Shown here: piece after piece, positions 53,901-64,000 of the stretch | Layout: each line of letters opens with the position of its first letter | Numbering within the stretch: the first letter of the stretch is position 1 | Source of the DNA: Camelus dromedarius | Lineage: Eukaryota | Direction: 5' to 3' | Length of the DNA stretch: 64,000 nucleotides | NCBI RefSeq assembly: GCF_036321535.1 | Contig: NC_087436.1 | Location: 26,786,001-26,850,000 of the forward strand | Notes under the pieces: model-generated | Databases searched by the model: none | Told to the model about the DNA's origin: nothing | What the model saw: the letters and a program-made list of their open reading frames with translations, nothing else | Translations under genes and position numbers: made by a program

Positions 53901-55440
53901 GATACTATCAAGTTTTTTAAATATATTTTCCCACTTCAAATATATTTTCCCACTACCCCCTGGCCTTTATTGTTTCTGATGAAAGGTTAGATATTAATAT
54001 TTTTGTGATTTCTTTGTAATGATAGTAGTTTCTTTTTTCTGCTAACAAGATTTTTCCCTATCTTTGGCTCTCAGTATTTTTACTGTGATGTGCCTCTCGT
54101 GTATCTCTTTGCCTTTATCCTACCTGGAGGTCATTGTGTTTCTTGGATGTGCAGATTAATGTTTTTCATTAAATTTAAAACACTTTCTTTGATTTTTTGT
54201 TCTCCTTTCATTCTCTCCTCTCCTTTTGGTACTCTCATGTATGTTTCTGCATTTAATGCTAGCCCCTATTTCTCCGAGGCTTTGTTCATTTTTCAAATTC
54301 TTTTGTCTCACTGTTCTTCAGATTATACAATCTCTATTAATCTTCAAGATTGCTAGGTCTTTCTTTTACCATTTCAAACCTACTGTTGAACATTTCTTGT
54401 AAATTTTTCTATTTTAGTTATTGTACCTTTTAATTTCAGAATTTTTATTTGTTTCTATTTTATAACTTTTATCTCTCTATTAACATTTTTTATAACTGAG
54501 TCATTGTCCTCATACCTTCTTTTACCTCTTTAATCATAGTTTCCTTTAGTTATTTGAACATATTTATAATAGCCACTTTAAAGTCTTTATGTGTTACCTC
54601 TGGTATCTGGCCACTGTCACAGACATTGTCTGTTGCTTGCTTTTCCCACTGTGTATGGGTCTCACTTTCCTGTTTGATACATTTTTCAGAATTTTTTGTT
54701 GGACATTTTACATAATATATTGTTGCCACTCTTGGCAATGCCACGAGAGACTTTGTTATTCTTTTTTTGCTTGTTTATTTTTTAGTTACTACCTGAATTC
54801 TTGGTGGGATCTATCTATCCCACCATCCCTGGAGCATTAAGCCTCTGATGTTGCTCCTCAAGGTTTGTAGCCTTGGATATGTCCACAATCATCCTGGAAG
54901 GACAGTAGTTTTTGCAGGCCTTACCATTACTATTTCTTTTCCTGACCACCAACAATTGTTAAATTCCACAATTTAATTTAAATTGGTGGCTGATTGCTTT
55001 TTTGCTTTCAACAATAATTAGGGATACAATTCTACAAATCAATCAAACTCAAACTTCTTTGAAAAAAATAGCTCCTGAAGTCAGTGTTTGAGATTTGTTC
55101 TTAACCCTGGCAAGTCTCCCCCAGCTGTCTCTCTCCCTAGGTCTTTCTGCAAACTAGCTGGCTTACAGTTTTGCCTATATCATCAATGCATCTATCAATA
55201 TCATCGCAATTGCATTTAACCACAATCTCCAAAATCTTTCCTTTTGAACTACTCCACACTCTATCATAAATAAAATCACTTCCTTTGGGAAGTTTTAAAA
55301 CTTTCTGTTTTAAGGCCTGCTTCTCTTCCCAGGAAAACTCTCTGAGCTACAGCTCTGGAGCTAGTGGCAGGGTTTCTCCTCTGAGCGACAACCCCACTTT
55401 AAGAGCTGGGTGCTAAGTGGGAGGGAAGTTGTCTTATCTT
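50933..55440 (-). mobile_element. Old L1 5' half (5'UTR, ORF1, inter-ORF, ORF2 to RT motif), decayed
   Basis: Minus ORFs MDRTARQKFNKEIKDLNNIISQLDLTDI (endonuclease), LWGAAKV, LKKLEKEEQNKSK, DFKVAIINMFK (ORF1 N-terminus); terminates just past DDMIL. 5' boundary approximate. Confidence 0.9.
51998..52076 (-). mobile_element. ~80-bp young camelid-type L1 tail nested in old L1
   Basis: 'attgaagtatagtcagttacaatgtgtcaatttctggtgtacagcataatgtttcagtcatacat' (ICMTETLCCTPEIDTL on minus); TSD catatgaa(c/t)tttt at ~51984 and ~52077. Confidence 0.85.
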
Positions 55441-55699
55441 TTGACTCATGGCATTAAACTATTGCCTAACAGGCCAGAAGTTTAGAAAATAAACATCGAG
55501 GATATAGCTGATATATAGCAGCACATTAACTGGCTTAGATGTGTGAAGCCCAAACAGACCAGTGAGATTATACCACCAGTGAGAATATAATTCTTCAACC
55601 ACATTCAGTTCTGTAGCATACCAAATGATAGTCACTAAAATATGTACAGTGTTTACTTACTTTAAAAATGCTAGTACCAATGTTTTTTATTTGTCCCTT

Positions 55700-55870
55700 T
55701 TGAATTATATAAGGCTACATTATTATCATTATACACATGAGGAAACTGATGCTGAGAGTTTTAAATTGCTTTGCTTGTTTCACAGAATTAGTAAATGACA
55801 GAGCTAAAACTCAAACATAACCGTCTAATTCCAAGCGCTTTATTTTTTTCAGTAAAATTTGCTACTTTTA
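55700..55870. mobile_element. MIR
   Basis: 'atacacatgaggaaactgatgctgagagttttaaattgctttgc...agtaaatgacagagct'. Confidence 0.7.
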
Positions 55871-58800
55871 GACAACCATTGAATGATCCAACCCTTTTAA
55901 AGAATTAATAACAATATCAATTTCATGTAAAATTTTAAAAAATAAAATCTGTTTGTGAATTAGAAGGCAGAATATACCATATTGTTCAAATAGATTAAAG
56001 GTATAGAACAACCTCTAAATATCTACTATCTCTAATGTTCTAAGACCAGCTTAAATGCCAAACTTTGTATTTTACAGTACTGCCTCAATTTAAAGAATTA
56101 ATAAATATCTGAGGGTTGAAATTATGCAAATTATGTCTTTATCTCTTCCAGGTTTAGGATCAAGGGTCCCTACTTTTGTATCCATTCTGTACCTAGTTAG
56201 TTTTATACTATAAATTTCTGACTGATTTAGAAATAGCACAAGCTCCTGCACTTAACGTATCTCCCATTCACTTGCAATGAATGAAACTCTGTATGAAATA
56301 AAATTTACCAACTGGTGCACTGATGTTTGGTGGGCGAAGGGCACTAAGATGAAATGGATTATCAAAACAATCTCGGGAGCCACCTGACCCATTCCTATTT
56401 GAGATTCTGGAACACTCACATACACATATGGAAAGTTATGTTTATTAATTTCAGAAAGGGAACATTTGGAACAAATCTATTAAAATGAGTCTCAAAAGCT
56501 TTTCCCACTCCATCCCACTCCCTTTCACATATACATCCTTTGAAAGCCATTGGAATTTAGAGAAGAGAATTAAAAATGATCTTAACTTTTGGATCTACAT
56601 TAAAAATTGTGTCTTAACACCATCCCCAGCACCAACACACAGAATTTCTGATTAAATAAAAAATATATTTTGGGTGAATCAGTGAGTTTCAAGTGTGAGA
56701 AAAGTGAGCCTTTGAGAAAGGAATCTGCAAGAATGTATGTTGGATACCAACCAAATGATCCATAATATCAACCCTAAATTCATAAGTTAAGAATTTTCTT
56801 TTCAATCTATTGACCAATAAATGTTGACGTGGTCTATTTGGGAATAGTAGCAATACAAATATTGGCCACATATAAATAAAAACCATTCAAAGTTAGACCT
56901 ACATATGGAGAGAAGGCTTCATTTTTTTCTTGCTTTGTGAGCTAATATTTCCACTATATTTGGTGATGTGTTACTTGTACATGCTTAATAGAAATGGTAT
57001 TTCTAAAAAAACAATTTTATAAAAGGTATCAAAATAGGAAAATACTGCAAGATATCAAAATGGGAAAAAGCGTAGAAATAGAATGAGATAAACTATGGAT
57101 GTGGACGGATGTCAGATATGTGTGTGTCTCCAAGAAAGGAAACAGTTAATAGGTAACTGATGGGTGGAAAACACTGACAAAGTCAGTGTCAGTTTTGTGT
57201 GGCGACCAGAATCCATGATTCAGTTCTTTTAATGATTTATTCATATTTTTCATTGGATTTTGGAAGCTGCCAATAGCAAATAAAAAAATGATTCCCAAGA
57301 AAGGATATCCTTTCTCTTTTCTCACCTTTTCTCTCCTCCTCATATTCTTCTCCAGTGTACTAGGCCTTACAGTCTCAACCCTTGAGGACAGTCTGATGGG
57401 TTATGTGTGTATAAGGTGGCTTAATTACAATACATAATAAATGTTTTTATAAAGCACAGAGGGAGAGTAGTTAGCTCTTCCTTAGGAAGTCAGAAAATGC
57501 TTCATTGAAGAGGTGATCAAATTTTCTCAATGGTAGAATTTAATAGCAATCATAATACTTTGTACTTTCATACTCAGTTGCCTTTTTCCATCTTCTATTT
57601 ATATAAACTATTTATGAGCTCCTCACAGAAGCACATTATATCTTGTCCAAGGCCACATGCATGGTTTATGATGGGACCAGAACCAGGTACCAGGTACTCA
57701 AACTTAACCCAACAGCATAAATTTTTGCACAAGGACAAAAGATATAATATGTGCACTATTCAGCTTAAACTAAAAGTTTTCAATTAGGAGCTATTAGTTA
57801 GGAATAATTAGGTAACATACATTTTTAAACACAAAATGTATATGTGGAAAGAAATGATGTTAATCCAAACTTGCTGTATTTTCCATTTAACAAGGTGCTT
57901 TACCTGTATGTAGGTAATACTTGTTTATTAGTAGGAGCTATACTCCTATTGAGCAAAATGGCAGAAAATCATTATCCTAGCAGCTGGAAATTTACTTGAA
58001 TTGGAGTTTGTCCAGAGAAACTAGTATACCAAATAATGACTCAATCTTTTCCACATAAATGTAGTATAATAGGATAGCAAAATGATTATTTCCTATATTA
58101 TGATTAAAGAAAAATATAAATTCTATAACTGCAATAAATTAATCTAATGCAGTGGCTTGTTTTGTTTTTTTTAGAATAAGTGGCAACGTGTATCATTTAT
58201 TTTTTGCTAGCAGAAAATATAATTCCTGGTTTATAAGTTAATTCATTTATATTTAAACCAGAACAAGTTTAAGAGAGATTATATGATATAGCAGTTAATT
58301 AATTTATAACATATATACAAGCCCAACACACTTTATTAAGGCCAATGTCAAGATATTCAATATGTTTGCTTATTTATAGCATCTATTTATATAACAGCAT
58401 ATTAACAGTGATAACTATTCACCATTACCATAGCACTATCCAATACCTTAAAATTACTGCAAGTTTTTGATTACTTGACAAACATTTCAACATCTTCTTT
58501 ATGATTACTACACATCCCCTAAGAACATGGATTAAAAATGTACAGAAGTATATTCTGTTGAATTTAGAGTATATTGTAGAATATTTTATGAGAATAAAAA
58601 TTGTTTTTATTATTTTCATAAAATAGTGTACAATATGCTCTAAATTCTTCTTTAAAAGCTCAACAATCTTAATTTTATTATTGATTTACTATATTTTTCA
58701 ACAAAATCAGGTTTGTGTGTATGCTGTGATACATGATATGATTTTAGTTTTGTGGAAAATATTTCCTGGCCCCATAAAAAACTGTTACTTTTTCTTTTTT

Positions 58801-59286
58801 TCCTCTCCCACCTTCCTGATATTGTCATTCCTAATAATCATTTCTTTGATTTAAGCTGGATATTCTGAGATGTAGCTGGTGTGTCTACTCTGCTTTTCCC
58901 CAGTTCTTGGTGTAGTAATGGTCTCAATCTCTGATTACAATTGCTTGAGGTCTTCAGTCCTAGACTCACATATATTCCAGGTGAACAGATTTGCAATGTC
59001 TTCTGTAGTAATGGAGTGGCAAAACACTCATTTCTGAATGGTAGCTGGCCTTGATAAACTGCAAACTCTGTTGAGGTGCTGGTATACGTAATCTACTGCC
59101 ACGGGATGTGACATGGTAATTGTTTTAATCATCTCTTCTCTTTGTCTCCAGCTGTAAGAATAATTTATCTTTGTCCTTCCTAATGTATACCAGTGATTAT
59201 TTTAATGAAGTATTATTATATCTAGGATGAAAGATATTTAAGAATCTAATTTATTTTAAATGCACAGATCACAAAGAAAGAAAGAG

Positions 59287-59341
59287 TGTATAGTCAGGAT
59301 TTTCCAGAGCAAAAGAAATGCAATAGGTAGGTGGATGAATG

Positions 59342-59375
<34 letters not shown>

Positions 59376-59816
59376 TACAGAGAGTTTTATTTTAAGGTAA
59401 TGTCTCACACAACTGTGGGAATTATCAAGTCTAAAATCTGGAGGGGAGGGTATAGTTTAGCACCCATGAGAGCCTAGGTTCAATCTCCAGTACCTCCCAT
59501 AATATAAACAAAGAAACAAACAAACAAACCTAGTTACCTCCCCCCCCAAAATTTAAAAATAAATAAATAAATACATAAATTCTGTAGAGCAAGTTCACCA
59601 GCTAGAAAACCAGGTAAGTGTTAATGTTACTCTTAAGACCTTCAACTCATTGGAAGGGGCTCATCCACATTATGAAGAGTAATCTGCTTTACTTATAATC
59701 TACTGATTGTAAATGTTAATCATACTTCAAAATAACTTCATAACAACATCTAGAGTTTGACCAAGCAATGGGTACCATAGCCTAGCCAAACTGACACATA
59801 AAATTAACCATCACAC
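59287..59816 (-). mobile_element. MLT2D-like LTR containing a (GATA)/(GACA) repeat and a SINE insertion
   Basis: Ends 'gggtaccatagcctagccaaactgacacataaaattaaccatcaca' (reverse of the MLT2 head); tetranucleotide repeat at 59342-59378. Confidence 0.88.
59441..59575 (+). mobile_element. Camelid tRNA-derived SINE (Vic-1-like), internally deleted
   Basis: ggggagggtatag...ggttcaatctccagtacctcc (B box)...aaacctagttacctccccc + (AAAT)n tail; TSD taaa(a/t)tctg at 59432-59440 and 59576-59584. Confidence 0.8.
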
Positions 59817-60029
59817 ATCATATCTTTCCTATTCTTTATCCCACCTCTTTGCCTGAAATCTACATAATATATTGTGGTTCAGATGTCTACATTAATGCAA
59901 AATGCTATGAATGCTTGAGAACAATCTTATTAATATTTCAAATCATTATCATAAATTATATTATACCATATAATTATTATATAAAAATGATATAACTAAC
60001 ATTTTTTTTCTCAGCAATCATAAGGAATA

Positions 60030-62200
60030 TATGCCTCTTGTTTTCTTTCCTGGTAATGCCTTTGCTTGCTTTGGGCATTGTGGTAATGCTGGTTTCTTAA
60101 ATTGGAAAGTATTTCATCCTCTCTGAATTTCTAATTATTTTTATAGAATTGGTAATATTTATTCTTTAAAATTGTGTTAGACTTCACCAATGAAGCCAAC
60201 TGTCCCTGGAGATTTCTTTATGGGGAAGTTTTTACCTACTTCAAATATTTTTCGTATTTATTCAGGTTATCTTTTTTTCTTGAGTAAAATTTAGAAGTTT
60301 CTGTCTTTCAAGGAATCTGCAGATTTTATTTACATCTTTAAATTTATTGACATAAAATTGTTCCTAATATTTGCTTACTATGTTTTCATTGTCTACACAA
60401 CCTATGGTGTTGTCATCTCTCTCATTCTTAAATATGGGTTATTTGAGTACTTTTTCTCATAAGTCTTGCTAAAGATTTCTCAATACTATTTTTTTTCAAA
60501 TAATTAGCTTTGGTTTCATTGATTTTCATTATTTTCTGCTTTGTTTTGCATTGCTTTCTGCTTTGGACTTTATTAGTTTCTTTTTTTTTTTTTTGACTAC
60601 TTTGTGTTTAATTTGCTCTTCTTTTTCTGATTTCTTGATTTGAGACTTTTTCTCTATTTAAAAACTAATGTATAGGGTTAGAAATTTTCCACTAAACACA
60701 GCATAAGTGGCATCACACAAATTTATATTTATTGAACATTCAGTTCTCATTTGAATTTTTCTTTGCTCCACAGATTATTTATAAGTGTGCTAGTTTTCAG
60801 ATAGTTAACATTTCTATTAATTACTTCTAATTTAATTTCATTGTAAATGAGAACATATTTTGTATGACTTAAATCCTTTAAAATTTTTGAGACATTTTTA
60901 TGTTCCAGAATATGGTCTATCTTGATAAATATTAGACTTGGTTTTGATTGATTGATTTTTCTCTTTATTATGGGCTGTATATCTTTGCTTTTCTGCAAGC
61001 TTGATAATTATTGATGTGGTTCCAGACATTGTAAATTTTCCCTTGTGGGCTGCTAGAGTGTTGTTGTTTGTTTGTTTGTTTGTTTGTTTGTTTGTTTTGT
61101 ATTCATATAGGTATTTTATAACTTTCTTCTGGTATGAAATTAAATTAATTAGTTTTGTTTGGTCTTTCGTATCTTGTTTTTTAAGATTTTTTTTTACATA
61201 GAACAATAGCCTTACTCATTCTAGGGCTAATTATTTCTGACTTCTGACTTCTGAGGAAAGGTCTTTCTGAGTACCCTAACTAATACTTCAGTCATTAGGA
61301 AATACTTTAGTTTGCTCATGTTGCCATAACAAAATACCACAGACTGGGTGCTCAAACAGCAGAAATTTATTTTGTCACAGTACTGGAGGCTGGAAGGCCA
61401 TGATCAAGGTGCTAGTATGATCAGACACTCGTGAAGGGCCCTCTTTCTAGCTCGCAGATGGTCACCTTCTTGTTGTGGCAGAAGTGAGAAAGAGGGCAAG
61501 CTCTCTGGTGTCTCTTCTTATGAAGGCACTAATTTAATCAGACTGGAGTCCTATCTTCGTGGACTCATCTAACCATAATTAATTCCCAAAGTCCCCATTT
61601 CCAAATACCATTACATTGGGAGTTAGGATTTCAGTGTATGAATTTCGGGGAAACACATTCATTCCATAGGAGTACACTTTCCAATCTTGCTTGTGAGGAC
61701 AGACGATGTTCTTGAATATCTGTGAGCAACGGTTACTGTTATGTCTAATCCTCTTGTGTGGTTATTTCCCCAGACTCCGGTAGTTTCTTCACAGGTATAG
61801 GCTGAGCAGTACTGCATTGAAAATTCAGAGGACCATCTTTAAATCTCAGATTCTCTCTTTGCAGTTCTCTCCTCTCTAGAACTCTCCCCTGAGAACCTTC
61901 ACTATCTTGGTCTCGCCAGACTTTAAGCTTCATCTCCACAACCAAGAGAGTCAGCTGGACTCTGCTAAGGCCCCCATTCTGCACTGCTTCCTGGGAACTG
62001 TCAAATTGGGAACCTGGAGCAATTGTAGATCTCACCTTGTGTTTTTCCCATCTCTAAGAAACCACTGTCTTCCATTACTTGATGTCCAGTGTGTTGAGAA
62101 GCATTCTTTAATGAATTTTGCTTTTTTTTGAGAGCTGTGGGTTTTTTTTTTCAGGCAGAAAAGTAAATCTGTACCTGTTACTCTATTTTCTTGATAAGCA
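60030..62200 (-). mobile_element. Ancient L1 fragments (ORF2 pieces, ORF1 start, 5' region), split by MLT1A
   Basis: Minus ORF KIDHILEHK...YNEIKLEVINR...LINNLWSKE (endonuclease end); 'cttcaccaatgaagcca', 'ctttggtttcattgatttt'. Confidence 0.8.
61303..61670 (-). mobile_element. MLT1A-like solo LTR
   Basis: 'gccataacaaaataccacagactgggtg...ctctctggtgtctcttcttatgaaggcactaat...aaacacattcattccatag'. Confidence 0.9.
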
Positions 62201-63727
62201 AGTGTCCCAATGATTTAAATAATATTATTATTTTATGATTACATAAATAATGTTTATTCTAGAAAACTCAAATACAACCAGAAAATGTAGAAAAATTTCC
62301 ATTGAAATTTCCTACTCTGAGAATTACCAACTACTATCACTATTAACATATTTTGACTATTCATTTATGCATAAATTTAAGTGTGTGTGTGTACTCATAA
62401 ATAGTACTTTATGTAAATGGAACTTTTTTTTGATTTATAATAATGGAACCAATCTTCTATACTCTCCTGCATTATGCTTTCCACATACATAATATATTAT
62501 GAATATCCTCAGAGTTATAGCTCTAATTCATTGTAATGATTTTAATTCATTTATTTCTATATTTTAAAACATTACATGGAGCATGATTATACAATTATAC
62601 AGTTGTTTTTTTGTACTGATGGAATTCACTTTTTAAAATTCTTGACTCAAGCTAAAGATGAAGCAATAATAATTATTTCATATATATTCTTTCAAAGGGG
62701 GATTTTTTTTTTAATGATGGAGTCTGAGAAACAGCTACAAGCCACACTATTCATCAAACTATTTTAAGGATTTTGCTTTTATTCTGAATCAAATAAAATA
62801 GTGTTAGAAGGAAATCCATGCAATCGAGTAATAAGTTCTAGTTCTACGGTTGGGTTCTTTAAAAGGAAAAGTTCACTGAGAGAAGTTTCCAGATCATATA
62901 TTTAAATGAAAATTCTATGAAACTTGTCCTGTTTGAAATAAATTCTTTAACAAAATTTATTACAGATTAGTTAATGGCACTAAGATAAAATCTAGAATTA
63001 TTGTATTCCATATTACAGTGCAAAAGTATTCCTGAAAAAGTACTACAGTACTACATTATAAAGTATCTCCCTCAGCTAAAGAAGACAGTAACTAAGACTA
63101 TGAACTATTTGGAAATTCTGGTTTATTTAGGCAGTCAAACTTTGTTGAGGGGAGATACTGAAAAATATGACAGGTGATTTCTTAGGATTCCACAGCGCCC
63201 TAAGGAACCAAGGTTGAAATTGTTACTTGACAAGTGTCAGTTTTGTGGCACCTCAGTAAATTAGATGGGACAGTGTCTTGATAGCAGAGGCTGAGCTAAG
63301 TCTGGATTCCTGCCTTCCCTCACTTGCTCTATCCTACAAAATTTAGGGAACTAAATGTATTTTGGGTCTTAGAGCACACTGCAGGTAGTCTGTCAATGAC
63401 TAGTCCAGTAGTGCCAAGCCTCTCTGCATTATTACTCATGGCCAATTCTAAAACCTTTCACCACCAAGCTTCTGGTCACAGCTTACAGTGCCAGGTGTGG
63501 CTCGGAGACTCTGGCTCATTCATTTGCACAGGAATGGTGGTGTCGAGCCCGTATGTGTACTTTAAAAATATTAGTGATCTGACAACTTAAGAGTAATTTG
63601 TTAAATTCACATATAGCAGACTTCGCAAAGTGGTAATAGTATCTTAGACATGTTATACTCAGGAAACTTCCAAGAAAAATAAACCATATAATTCACTAGT
63701 AGAAGGCTATTTGATGGGAGACTACTC

Positions 63728-64000
63728 TGGTTACTAGTGGTGCATAAATAATTGCCCCCAAAACTAAGTGCTTCAAATAATCATTTTGTATTGCTCATGA
63801 TTTTGTGGGGCACAGATTTGGAAAGGTCTCAAATCACCCACAGGCTCAAGAAGAACTGGATATTAAACTTGGCTCAGTCTTTCTCAGGGCTGGAAGTTGA
63901 TGATGGCTACTGACTGCTATATGTAGCACAGTCAGCATGTTGTTCTCAGAAAAGTCAGACTTTATAAGGGCAGCTACCTTCCCCATAGCAAAAATCCTTG
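63728..64000 (-). mobile_element. Old MLT1 LTR fragment running off the window
   Basis: 'cccccaaaactaagtgcttcaaataatcattttgtattgctcatgattttgtggggcacagatttgg'. Confidence 0.6.

Noticed and set aside
59441..59500. tRNA-like B-box sequence
   Set aside because: Part of a SINE with tail and TSD; no cloverleaf can be built.

Overview
AT-rich, repeat-dense mammalian DNA that looks intergenic or deep-intronic. The young L1 3' ends and a tRNA-derived SINE look camelid (alpaca/llama/camel); this is inferred from recalled repeat consensuses, not a database search. I find no host protein-coding gene, RNA gene or CRISPR array. Every recognisable ORF in the track is transposon debris (L1 ORF1/ORF2, Tigger1 transposase, retroviral gag). 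Much of the window is old or recent mobile DNA: a near-full-length Tigger1, MaLR (MLT1) proviruses and solo LTRs, MLT2/LTR16-type LTRs, L1, L2, MIR, MER20, MER96B-like and Tigger2-type MITEs. The most unusual object is a 5.4-kb pol-less ERV1-class provirus (14739-20182, perfect ACAG target-site duplication). Its interior is a mosaic of two diverged gag starts, two different env transmembrane tails and three copies of the 3'-terminal/polypurine-tract cassette. Its LTRs diverge very unevenly, and the 3' LTR has lost its polyadenylation signal. It sits in a nest of other LTR insertions. I see no support for a novel protein-coding system. Repeat family names are from memory and need RepeatMasker/Dfam confirmation.
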